DNA of 33,197 nucleotides. Source: Chiloscyllium plagiosum. Its lineage: Eukaryota. Positions 1-9,919 of this stretch are shown here, in pieces; within the stretch, counting starts at the first letter, position 1, and every line of letters begins with the position of its first letter. The stretch lies in contig NC_057711.1 in NCBI RefSeq assembly GCF_004010195.1, positions 78,990,456 to 79,023,652 of the forward strand, read 5' to 3'. The notes beneath the pieces were generated by a model that saw only the letters and a list, made by a program, of their open reading frames with translations, was not told where the DNA came from and ran no database searches. A program made the position numbers and the translations under genes.

Positions 1-82
1 AAGAACACTTGCCCATTCAGCTCCTCCCTCCTCACTGTCAAAAGGCACAAACACACCTTCCAGGTGATACAGCATTTTACTC
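1..82 (+). mobile_element. Penelope-like element fragment (region just upstream of the GIY-YIG motif), cut by the window edge
   Basis: 'cacaccttccaggtgatacagcattttac' resembles the segment preceding the GIY-YIG motif in the PLE at 17849 ('ccttccacatctgtcagagatttacctgc'). Confidence 0.45.
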
Positions 83-99
83 AGACAAGAAGACCAAAA

Positions 100-3000
100 G
101 GCGATAAGAAATAGGCACTATAGTAGGCAGCTTGGCCCTGCGAAACTGTTCATCCATTCAGTAAGATCATGGCTGATCCAACACTCCTCACAACTACTTT
201 CCTGCCCTTTCCCTGTAATCCTTGATTCCCCCTACTGATGAAGAATTTATCTACCTCAGCTTTAAATATACACAAAGATTCTGCCTCCACAGTTCTCCAT
301 GGCAAGGAGTTCCAAAGATTTACACCTCTGTGAGAAAAGAAATTCTTCCGCATCTCAGTCTTAAATTGGCACTCCCTTACGCTGAGACAGTCCCCTGTGG
401 TCTTAGTCTCTCCCTTGGGAAGAAACATTCTCTCAGCATTTATCTTGTCAAGCCTCTTAAGAATCCTACATATTTCAATAAGAACTCGTTGCATTCTTCA
501 AAACTACAATGAATAGAATCTCAATCTGTTTAATCTTTGTTGGTAAGTTGATCCCTCCATACCAGAAATCATTCTTGGGAACCTTCTCTGAACTGCCTTT
601 AAGAAATGATATACCTTCTTCAATAAGTAGACTAAAACTACCTCACAGCATTTCAGATGTGTTCTCACCAGCACTTTGTACAGTTGCAGTAAGGCTTCCC
701 TACTTTTATACTCTAACCCCCTTGAAATAAGGGCCAACATTCCATTAACTTCCTGATTACCTGTTGTACTTGTGTGCTAGCTCTCTGTGTTTCATGTACA
801 AGTACCCCCAAGTCTCTTTGTGTTGCAGCTTTCTGCAACTTTTCTCCTTTTAAATAAAATTGTCTTCTTTATTCTTCCTTCTAAAATGAACAATTTCATA
901 TTTCCCCACATTATATTTCATTGACTTATGTTTTGGTCATTTACTTAACCTATCAATATCTCTCTGTGAAGTGTTTGCATCCCTCTTACAAGCTGCCTCT
1001 CCATCTATTTTTGTATCAGCAAATTTGACTGCAGTATTTTCACTTCTTTCCTCTAAGTTATTAATAGATGAAGAGTTGAGGTCCCAGCTCTGACCCCTGT
1101 GGAACTTTAGCGGTCACAGGTCACAAACCGGAAAAAAAACCTTGTCCCTAGTTACTGGTTCCTGCCCATGAGTCAATTCTTTATCATGTCAATATACTAC
1201 CTCCAATATTGTGGGGTTTTGTCTAATGCCATCTGGAAGTCCAAATACAACACATCTACTGGTTCCTCTCTATCCACTCAGGTTGAGACCTCCTTGAAAA
1301 ACACCACTAAATTAGTCAGATGTAATTTTCCTTTCATGAAGCCATGCTGATTCTGCTTGATTAAATTATGATATTCCAAATGTTCTTCTTTTACATCCTT
1401 ATTAATTAATAATAAAACTTTTCCAACAATGGATGTTAAGCCAATCAATTAATAGTTACTTGCTTTTGCCTCTCTCCCTTTTGAATAGGTGTGTCACATT
1501 AGCAGTTTTCTAATCCTCCGTTAATTCTCCAGAATCCAAGGATTTTTGGAAAGTTATAATCAATGCATCCACAAACTCTGAGGTTGTCCCTATTAGGACT
1601 CTAAGATGCAAGCTGTCAGGGCCAGAAGACCTATCTGCCTTTAGCCCCATTAATTGTGTAACTGTATTTCACTAGTGATGGTGATGGTACTTAATTCTTT
1701 TGAATTAATATGCTGTGCTCAGAATCTTCCATCATATAGACTGATGGAAAGTATCTGTTTAATTCCTCTGTCATTTTCCATAACTATCTCCCCAGATTCA
1801 TTTTCTAAGAGTTCTATGTTCACATTGACTTCACTCTTTCTTTTTATGTACTTAAAGCAGCTTTTAATGTCATTTACCCTCATAGCTTATGTTCTGTTTC
1901 TTTGTTCCCTTTTTAGTCCTCCTTTGCTGGATTCTGAATTTATTTCAGTGTTCAGGGCTATCGCTGACTGTAGACTACTCCTACAATGTTTTCTTTCCCT
2001 TGCTGCTTTTTACCTCGGCCCAAATGAACTTTATGTCTTCCAAGCCTAAACCATGTCTCAAAACCGTCCCCAATACACCTTTATTAACAGTGCTACCCCA
2101 CCAACCTTTCAATTCCTCCTGTCTTTCTGAAGGGTCAAATATCCCTGAATGTTTAGTTCCCAGTTTTGTAATGGCTATGAGATTATATTCATTTACCTCT
2201 ATTTGCACTGTAAATTCATTTACTTACTCTGAATGCTTCATGCATTAAGATACAAAGCCTTTAACTTTGTTCTATTATAAAATTTCTCTACATTTTGAAT
2301 TCCTTGGTAGAATATAACATTCACATATTCTTACTTTCCGGCAGCAATTAGCCTCATCACTAACCTGCACTCATACCTTCTCCATCTTTAATTTTATCAT
2401 TTTCCATGCCACTGAACTCACCCCCTACTATTTAGTTTAAAGTCCAATACACAGCCCTAGTTATACAATTTGCCAAGACTCTGGTCCCAGCATGACTCAA
2501 GTGGAGCCCCTTTCCATTGGAACAGCTTCACTCTTTCTCAGTAATGGTGCCAATGTCTTATGAGTTTGAGCCTATTTCTCCGATGCCAATCTTTGAGCCT
2601 TGCATTTACCTTTTTAATTTTGTTCATTCTGTGTCTATCAGATGTGATGCTGCTGCTGATTTAACACGAGTATGCTGTCCTTTTTTTCCAGAGAGGTTGT
2701 AAAAGCAGCAACTCCGAAATGTCTGGCTTAGATGGGTTTTAAGGCCAATTTAATTATAACTAACAGAGACTACCTCAGGTAAAAGGCTTTCAAGTTTAAA
2801 AAAAAAACACTTGCACAATGAAAGGGGAGTGGCCAGTTTTTCCAGCTCAGCTTTTCTCTGGTTTGGTTTGATTTTAGCAGTCTGGCTATTCTCTGAAAGC
2901 AGTCAGTCAGTTTGAGGCACTGGTCCAAGAAACAGCTACATGGAAGAAGGTGCTCCATGCTACCATCTCTCTCCCTCTCGTGTAAGACCTTAAGTTTGAT

Positions 3001-4000
3001 TTTATCTTTTGTGCCAAAGGTATATATGAAGATTGTTGCAAGTATTTGGAGCAGCATCATTAAGTTGGGATAATCTGATGGGCTTTCGGATAGGTTAAGT
3101 TGTTCACTATTCTGTTCTCTTTAGTTTGTGTTTCATTCGGTAATCTTGTAAATAAATTCTGTTTTGTTTAAAACTAAGTGGTTTGATCAGCTACATTTCT
3201 CCTGAAATATCCACATTACACCTGTTTAAAACAACTAGTGAAGTTAGGGTCTGGACTACTTTCTTGAAATGTTTTGAGGGGTCTGATCTGGTGGGTAAGA
3301 CAGGTCACGGTTCAGGTAGTAATCCTTTTTGGATCTACTTGTTAATTTAACCCCTAACTGCTCATATTTCGTCAGTAGAACCTCTTCCTCTTTCTACCAA
3401 TGTGGGCCACAACAGCTGGATCTATCCCCTCCCATTCCAAGCTCCTTTGCAGCCCAGATGAGAGATCCTGAACTAGGCAACAGAGCCTTTGGGGCTCTTA
3501 ATCCTGCCCAGAGAGAACAGTGTCTATTTCCTTGACCATACTATCTTTGATTATAACTACATTTGTCTTTTCTTCCCCCCTCTTGAATGGCTCCTTGTAC
3601 CATGGTGCTATAGTCAGTTCATTCATTCCCCCTATGGCCCCACTCTCATCCTTACAGAGAGCAAGAATCTTAAACCTGTTTGACAAGATCAACGGCTGAG
3701 ACTTCTTCAGCACAACCTCCTTGATTCCTTTATCTGCCTCACCTGCAGTCACACCCTCCTGTCCTTGACCACTGACTGAATTTAAGGTAGTTAATCTCAG
3801 GGATATGACTGCCTCCTGAATAACTGTGCCTAGATAACTCTCCCCCTTGTTTACGTGTCACAGTATTTGAAGCACAGATTCTAGCTCATCAATTCTGAGC
3901 TTGAGTTCCTCGAGCAATCAATACTTGCTCCAGTTGTGGTCACTCTGAACCACAATAGAGTCCACCAGCCCTCATATCATGCAGTTACAATACATCATCT
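100..4000 (-). mobile_element. Near full-length decayed CR1-clade LINE (HER1-like) with ORF1 and ORF2, internally deleted and interrupted by a solo LTR
   Basis: ORF2 C-terminus FKTEMRKNFFSHRGVNLWNSLP (150-494) and LQLYKVLVRTHL (504-740); RT region to about 1600; APE endonuclease start QIEVNEYNLIAIT (1981-2208); ORF1 esterase-like LSNRF...VVIIKDSMVKEID (3498-3752) and heptad segment LLEELKLRIDELES near 3880-3925. Many stops and frameshifts. Confidence 0.9.
2643..3300 (+). mobile_element. Probable solo LTR inserted in the CR1 ORF1 region
   Basis: 658-bp block that interrupts otherwise collinear CR1 sequence. Starts TGTGATG, ends TAAGA (degenerate TAACA), AATAAA at 3151-3156, flanks caga (2639-2642) and cagg (3301-3304) fit a 4-bp TSD with one mismatch. 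Confidence 0.65.
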
Positions 4001-4374
4001 GGCCCTGCTTCTCTAATTTATTTACTTAGTTATTAGTTTTTTAACAATTTCCTACTGATCCTATAGTTTTAAATCTATAATTGATTGTCAAACTAGTAGC
4101 TATTACCAACCAATAAACTTACAGTTTTCTTACGATGTCCCTCTTTACTTTGTGTTCAGCCCTCAATCTTGGGCTTCAATTTATCCTGTTCAAAAAAATC
4201 TAACAAACTATACATTGAAAAATAAGCAAAATGTACCCCCTCACTGCTGCATTGAATTCCCATACTGCTCTAAAATTCCAACAATAAACTCACACGGGCT
4301 GTGCCTTACTCCAGATGTGATCTCTCCTTACTAATCATGATCTCTCTTTCCTGATCATTTTACTGATTGCTTTA

Positions 4375-5180
4375 TTGATTGCTTGTACTACTTTCAATCT
4401 GGTCCCCTGTATTCATGGCTAATGTTGGCGTCTCCTTCACACTGATGAGACCAAGCTGAGACTCCTTTGAGACACGTAACTGCTTTGTGGAACACTTCCA
4501 CTGTGTAGGAATAACCCTGATCACCCAGTTGATTATCATTTCAATAAGCTACCTTCCTCCCATGCTAACATGTCTGCCCTTGGCCTGCTACAGTTTCAAT
4601 GAAGCTCAATGCAAGCTGGAGGAACAGCACCTCATTTTTCACTTAGAAAGTTTACAGTCTGTAAGATGCAATATTGAGTTCCACAACTTCAAACTATGCC
4701 CTCTGTCCTCTGTTTGCATTATACTCCCACCTCTCCCCTAGATATGTCTTACTGACTTTGATCTCACCAGAGTGGACCCACTATTTCCTTTCCACAGGTA
4801 ATGTTTACACCCGTTTTATAAATCTGATCTCTCCTTTACCACCATACTACTGCCTTAGTTCTTTGGTCTGGGAATGCTCACCATCTGTTCCATTTGCTCC
4901 TCCTCCCCTATGTTTAGAGCATAAAAATCAGCATTTTCCCCTATCCTTTAAAAACCCCTCTGCTGGGGAAGAGAAAGCACCTCATTAACAATATCCATAC
5001 CCCCATGATTTTATAAACTGCCATTCTCAACCTCCTACGCTCCAGTGAAAAAAAGTCTCAGCCAATCCAGCTTCTTTTGACTCTGAAGAGGTGTCTTACT
5101 GGATTTGGAGCTTTAATCCTCTTTCTCTTTCCACAGATGCTGCCAGAACTTTCTTCAGAACTTTCTTTTTTTATCTCTGG
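4375..5180 (+). mobile_element. Decayed Penelope-like element 3' part (GIY-YIG C-terminus, 3' UTR, degenerate terminal repeat), interrupted by a short CR1 piece at about 4939-5074
   Basis: ORF 4487-4741 contains EAQCKLEEQHLIFHLESLQSVRCNIEF, matching RRPEEKHLIFLFGTLQPHGINMDF at 17986-18198. Terminal motif 'ctgaagag...ccacagatgctgccaga' at 5083-5150. Confidence 0.75.
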
Positions 5181-5661
5181 CAGCAGTTTGAGTTGAAGGC
5201 AAATTACTTGCACTAACATAGAGTCATTCAGCACAGAAACGGTCCAACCAGTCCATGCCAAACATAATCCCAAAATAAACTAGTTCCACCTGCTTGCTTC
5301 TGGCCCACATCCCTTCAAACCTTTCTATTCATGAACTTATCAAAGTGTCTTTTGAATGTTGTAACTGTGTCTGCAGTAAAATACTTCCTCAGGAAGTTCA
5401 TTCCACACATGAACCTGTCTCTGTGTAAAAAGCTTGCCCCTCATTTTGTTTTTTAATGTCTGTTCTCTGACTTTAAAAAAAAAACCCTAACCTTTAAAAA
5501 CCATATACTGGGGAAGAGAAAGCATCCCATTAATGATATGTATACCCTCATGATTTTATAAGCCACCATAAGGTCACCTCTCAACCTCCTATGCTCCAGT
5601 GAAAAAAGTCCCAGCCTATTCAGCCTTTCTTTATTACTCAAATCTGCCATACCCAGCAACA

Positions 5662-5754
5662 GTTGAAACTTTATTGCTGGAACAGCACAGCAGGTCAGGC
5701 AGCATCCAGGGAACAGGAGATTCGACGTTTCGGGCACAGGCCCTTCTTCAGGAA
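5662..5754 (-). mobile_element. 93-bp ORF-less PLE terminal unit bearing a hammerhead motif, with 11-bp TSD
   Basis: Exact direct repeat acccagcaaca at 5651-5661 and 5755-5765. Insert matches PLE terminal sequences at 18401-18491 and 27109-27232. Confidence 0.88.
5721..5754 (-). ncRNA. Minimal type I hammerhead ribozyme motif
   Basis: UUC-CUGAAGA-A-GGGC-CUGU-GCCC-GAAA-CG-UC-GAA: complete core, 4-bp stem II, stem I UUC/GAA, palindromic ACGU stem III. Confidence 0.8.
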
Positions 5755-6039
5755 ACCCAGCAACATCCTGGTAAATCACTTCTGGACCTTCTTTGGCTTA
5801 ATAATACCCTTCCTATAACAGTGCAACTAGAACTGGACATGGTATTCCAGAAGTGGCCTCACCAACATCCTGTACAACCTCAACATGACTTCTCAACTCC
5901 TATACTGAACAATGAAGGCAAGTGTGCTAAACACATTTTTAACCATTCCTATCGATACAATACACAAACTTCAATGATAAGCCTGACTTGATGGAAATAT
6001 TTCGTTCCCTGGCAGAAGGAAGAGGGTACAGAAGTGAAA

Positions 6040-6560
6040 CCCTGGAGTACCCTGAGATGTCAATCATCGTGTGCCTGTTAGTTGCTCCACCCTCCTTGCT
6101 GGTGCTCAATGGCATTTCCTTCACCCTTTGAAGTGATGAGTACCTGAAGACCTATCAATGTCCTTCCGTCCCGTCTCACCCATTTAGCATCAGCAATGGA
6201 ATGAAGGTCCCTGTGCATATCCTGGAGATGCTGATTGCTCCACTGGACCTGGCTTTCCCTGGACATCCATCAATCATTCCATGGAAGCAGCTATACACGT
6301 GGATGCTGCAGCTACACCAACAAATAAGACTTGAACAGACTCCTCTGCCCTTTGTTCCAGTTTGCACATAACCTCTGCCAGTCATTCCGTTGCTTGTCTG
6401 CACATCTCCATCCCCACACAAATGGCTGGGTCCAGAGGCTTATTATCTTGACTGGACTCAGCAAGAGCCAGTTCTTCAGTAGACCCCTGTATGTACTGGC
6501 TGAAGAGAAAAGCCTGATGATTCATCTTCTGAGGCTCGTACTGTTCTCCGTCAAAGGTAT
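6040..6560 (-). pseudogene. Decayed coding relic with a coiled-coil-like product, possibly a DNA-transposon accessory ORF
   Basis: Locally GC-richer. Frame EELALAESSQDNKPLDPAI...E*LAEVMCKLEQRAEESVQVL...AASME*L, then a frameshift to SQVQWSNQHLQDMHRDLHSIA. Both stops are TGA, consistent with CGA decay. Confidence 0.4.
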
Positions 6561-7261
6561 ATTCAAATGGCTGGCAGAGATCGCCTCAGAGGCACAGCTC
6601 TTTTTATTTGTTTCGGTTTGGAAGTGGGATCCAAAGGTGGCATAAAGAGAAACAAAAAAATCTTTTAGTCTCCATCCTTACTCAAAATTTCATTAAGGCA
6701 GTAGTGCTTGATGTGCAACCGAAGCCCCAAAAGCCAATCAGTTTCCTTCTACTGCTTTTCCCTCTGGTGACTCTTGGATGTTTAAATCTCAAGTTGCTTC
6801 TCTTCAAAAAGCAAATCTATTCTCGCCAAACTTCTGCTTGATTGTAGCATAAAACAGTTTCCCTATCTGCTTCTCATGATAACTCCTGCATTCAGTTTTT
6901 CTCTCTAAATCTCTCTGTTTGACTTTGACTACTAGTCTATGTTGAACAAGACCTGACCTCATCAGGGTAAAAATGCTAGCATTTGAGCTTTATGAGTTTC
7001 AATCTGTACCTATGGCAACTGAATCAGATGGATCTATCATTGGACAGATTTCAGCACAATTTCATTTTATTTCCAATTCCAGGGCATTTGGTTCTTTTTG
7101 TTACCTTAAATTGAAAGAAGACAGTTTAAAGCATGCCATCGTCTTACGAAGTCTCATATTTGTAATAAATGAATAATTGAAGTGACGAATGACAAAGAGC
7201 TGTGTTTCATTTTCCGATGCAAGTTTTAGGCAAAACAGTCAACTAAACTCTCATAGAATGA

Positions 7262-7490
7262 CAGTTATAGAATCATGCAGTACAGAAGAGGCATTTTGGG
7301 CCATCGAGCCTGCTCTGACTAAGCTACTTTAAAGCTACATCAACACACTTTCTATCACTTTACCTGTAGCCTTGAATGTTATGACATTTCAAGTGCACAC
7401 TCAAGTACTTTTTAAAGATTGAGATTTCCTACCTCAACTACCCTCCCAGGCAGTGCCTTCCAGATTACCACTACCTTCTGGTGAAAAAAG
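7262..7490 (-). mobile_element. CR1-type LINE 3' end fragment
   Basis: 'atagaatcatgcagtacagaagaggcattttgggccatcgagcc...ggcagtgccttccagattaccactaccttctggtgaaaaa' is the reverse strand of a CR1 ORF2 end plus 3' UTR. Confidence 0.75.
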
Positions 7491-7704
7491 GTGTGCATAT
7501 TCTTCTCTTTACAGAAGAGTCCTTTCTAATTCCCACTTGGTACAGCTTGCCAAGTTGTAAGTCATATGTAAGACTTATTTGAGGTCCAGTGCTGTGGTGT
7601 AGGTGATTGTGAATGAATGGATGTTACATACTTTGCATGTGTCCAGGAAAAGATAGTATCCAGGAAAAGGTAGTGACTGACAGTAGTGGTGGACAGGGGA
7701 AGGG

Positions 7705-7745
7705 GTATGTGTGTGTGTGTGTGTGTGAGTGTGTGTATGTGTGTG
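7705..7745. repeat. (GT)n microsatellite, imperfect
   Basis: gtatgtgtgtgtgtgtgtgtgtgagtgtgtgtatgtgtgtg. Confidence 0.9.
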
Positions 7746-7822
7746 ACTAAACAGTCAATCATTTTGAAAAATAAGTGGAGACAAATGGGAAGCTATTTAA
7801 TTGGAAATGGCAGAAACATACA

Positions 7823-7906
7823 TAGGTTTCAGGTTATTGGAAAAAGCTATGCTGTTAACGGATTAAAATAGAATATTTGTAAATAAATTCTGTACTATTT
7901 AAGTGG
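7823..7906 (+). repeat. 84-bp direct repeat, copy 1
   Basis: 80/84 identical to 9836-9919 by manual alignment. Confidence 0.92.
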
Positions 7907-8117
7907 TATTGGCAAGATGGAATGGCAAAAGATGAGAACAAGACAAAACCTGTCATGGTAATGAGATGGAGATGAGAAGGTTGGGTCACAGCCCCAGGAA
8001 ATGGAGAACCTTTGGCAGAGGCAAAAGAACATCTTAGAAATATTGATGTTAAACGCTACTTTGTGAGAACTCATGGAGAAGGAAATGTAATCCACATTGG
8101 AAGTTCAATGGCAATAG

Positions 8118-8290
8118 TAAAATAAAAATGAATTATTGCAGATGCTGAAAATCTGAAATGAAAACAAAAAGTGGTGGAGAAATTCCACAGGTCTGGCAGC
8201 ATCTGTGGAGAGAGGAATAAAGTTAACATTTTGAGTATGATGTAACACTCTTCTGCAGTTTTGAAGAAGAATCATATTGAATACTGAAGG
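8118..8290 (-). mobile_element. Degenerate PLE terminal unit followed by a short inverted start of a second copy
   Basis: 'gcagatgctgaaaatctgaaatgaaaacaaaaagtggtggagaaattccacaggtctggcagcatctgtggagagag' is the reverse complement of the terminal motif at 5120-5150, 9525-9612 and 31200-31300. Confidence 0.7.
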
Positions 8291-9376
8291 GAAGGAGGTC
8301 TGGTATAAAACAAGAAGGGTGACACATTGATTATCTAAACCTAAAGGACAGGTCAACATTTGAAGGAAAGAGCATGAGATTTTCCAAACTGGGACAAAGC
8401 CAGAAACAGCACTGACCTGGTTAACAATGTAATGAGAAAAGAAATCCAGAATGCGTTATATTTGAACAAAGACTGAAGCTGATATTCTTTGGTGCTACTG
8501 TAGTGATCAATTTTATCTGAGGAAATATTCTGCATTAAAGGAGATGTGTTCAAGTTGGGGGAAATTCTGTCAGGTTGAAAAAGGTAGTGGGTGGGTAGTG
8601 GTTGGATTGGTGTTGCAAGGGTTGAGTAAGAGTTCTCTAAGACTTTAGATTCTATCTCACATATAAATACTGTAAATCTCTCATTGTTATTTTTAGTATA
8701 TCAAATTATTATATTTGACTGCTTAGTTTAGTGTGCCAAGAGCAGTAAAATTACAGACTGTATTAAATTTTCTTTATATTACCTTGGCTTGGATCACTGG
8801 GCAACTGCCTCAATATCACCAATCATTGCAATCTAGTGTCTCTTTTTTTCCTACTTAACCAAATCCTGACCCACCTCAATGCTTTACGCTTAACAGCTAT
8901 TGACATTAGTTTGGAAGTGAAACTCTCAGGATAGGTTTTCAAGAGGCATTTTGGAAGGCAAAATTATGCCAATTAAAGGGCAAGTGGAGATAATGTTTCA
9001 GAGGATTATAAAGGATGCTATCAGTACTCATCTAAAGAGACTTTCAGGCCTAATGGAATAATCAACATGAAATTCAAAACAATAGGTCATTACTCACTGA
9101 CCTGTGGGAACTAGTTGAAGAGCTAAATAAACCAGTGAATAAGGGTTGTTCAGTGAATATAATTAAGTTAGATGTTTTGAAATTATAGCATGGAATTACA
9201 AAATGTCTGGATTGTAGAGTACGGGATAAAGGTAGACTGGTATGTGGAATATTGATTGCCTGGAGTATAGAAAGTAGAGGATTAGATTACAAGAAAACCA
9301 AAGTGTAGAGTCAAGCAAAAGTAAGGTGACATTACAACACTGTACAGTTTGGATGATGCTAGGTAAGCGTGTGGTT

Positions 9377-9612
9377 AAAAACAGAAAATGTCAAAAATAC
9401 TCATCAGGTCTGGTAGCATCAGTGAAGAGAGAAACAGACTTAACGTATTGAAACCAATTTGATTCTTCTTCAGGACTCTTTTCCAAAGAAGAGGCTTTGG
9501 AATTGATACATTAATGAATTTTTTTTCACAGATGCTGCCAGAGCTGATGAATTTCCCCAGCAATTTCTGTTTGCGTTTCTGATCTCCAGCATCTGAAGTA
9601 CTTTGCTTTTAT
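9377..9612. mobile_element. Old head-to-head inverted pair of PLE terminal units
   Basis: Left arm 9377-9476 (aaaaacagaaa...caggtctggtagcatc...ttcttcttcagga) is the imperfect reverse complement of the right arm 9481-9572, which extends about 40 nt further. Confidence 0.7.
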
Positions 9613-9835
9613 TTATCTCTCTGGTTAGTTAATTGCAGGAAATTTGGTGAATAACTTGCACCAGGAGAATAGATCCATTGTGAGATAATTCTGATGTCTA
9701 TCAGCATGTTAAATATCCAGCTCAATAATCACTGTGTTTGACATGCTGATAAACAGGTTTATCTACTGACTAAAGAAAAATAAGGTATCACATTTAAATT
9801 ATATATTTGATATTAATTTGATTGATCTGCTTGGT

Positions 9836-9919
9836 TAGGTTTCAGGTCATTGGAAAAAGCTATGCTGTTAACAGATTAAAATAGAATATTTGTAAATAAA
9901 TTTTGTTCTATTTAAGTGG
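9836..9919 (+). repeat. 84-bp direct repeat, copy 2
   Basis: 80/84 identical to 7823-7906. Confidence 0.92.

Larger units (their letters stand above)
5215..5960 (-). mobile_element. 5'-truncated CR1/HER1-like LINE, 3' end
   Basis: LSNKERLNRLGLFSLEHRRLRGDLMVAYKIMR in ORF 5453-5779; CR1-type 3' UTR at 5215-5330. Confidence 0.85.

Noticed and set aside
4441..4480. CTGATGAG as a possible hammerhead core
   Set aside because: No stem II followed by GAAA; it lies in the decayed YIG codons of a PLE.
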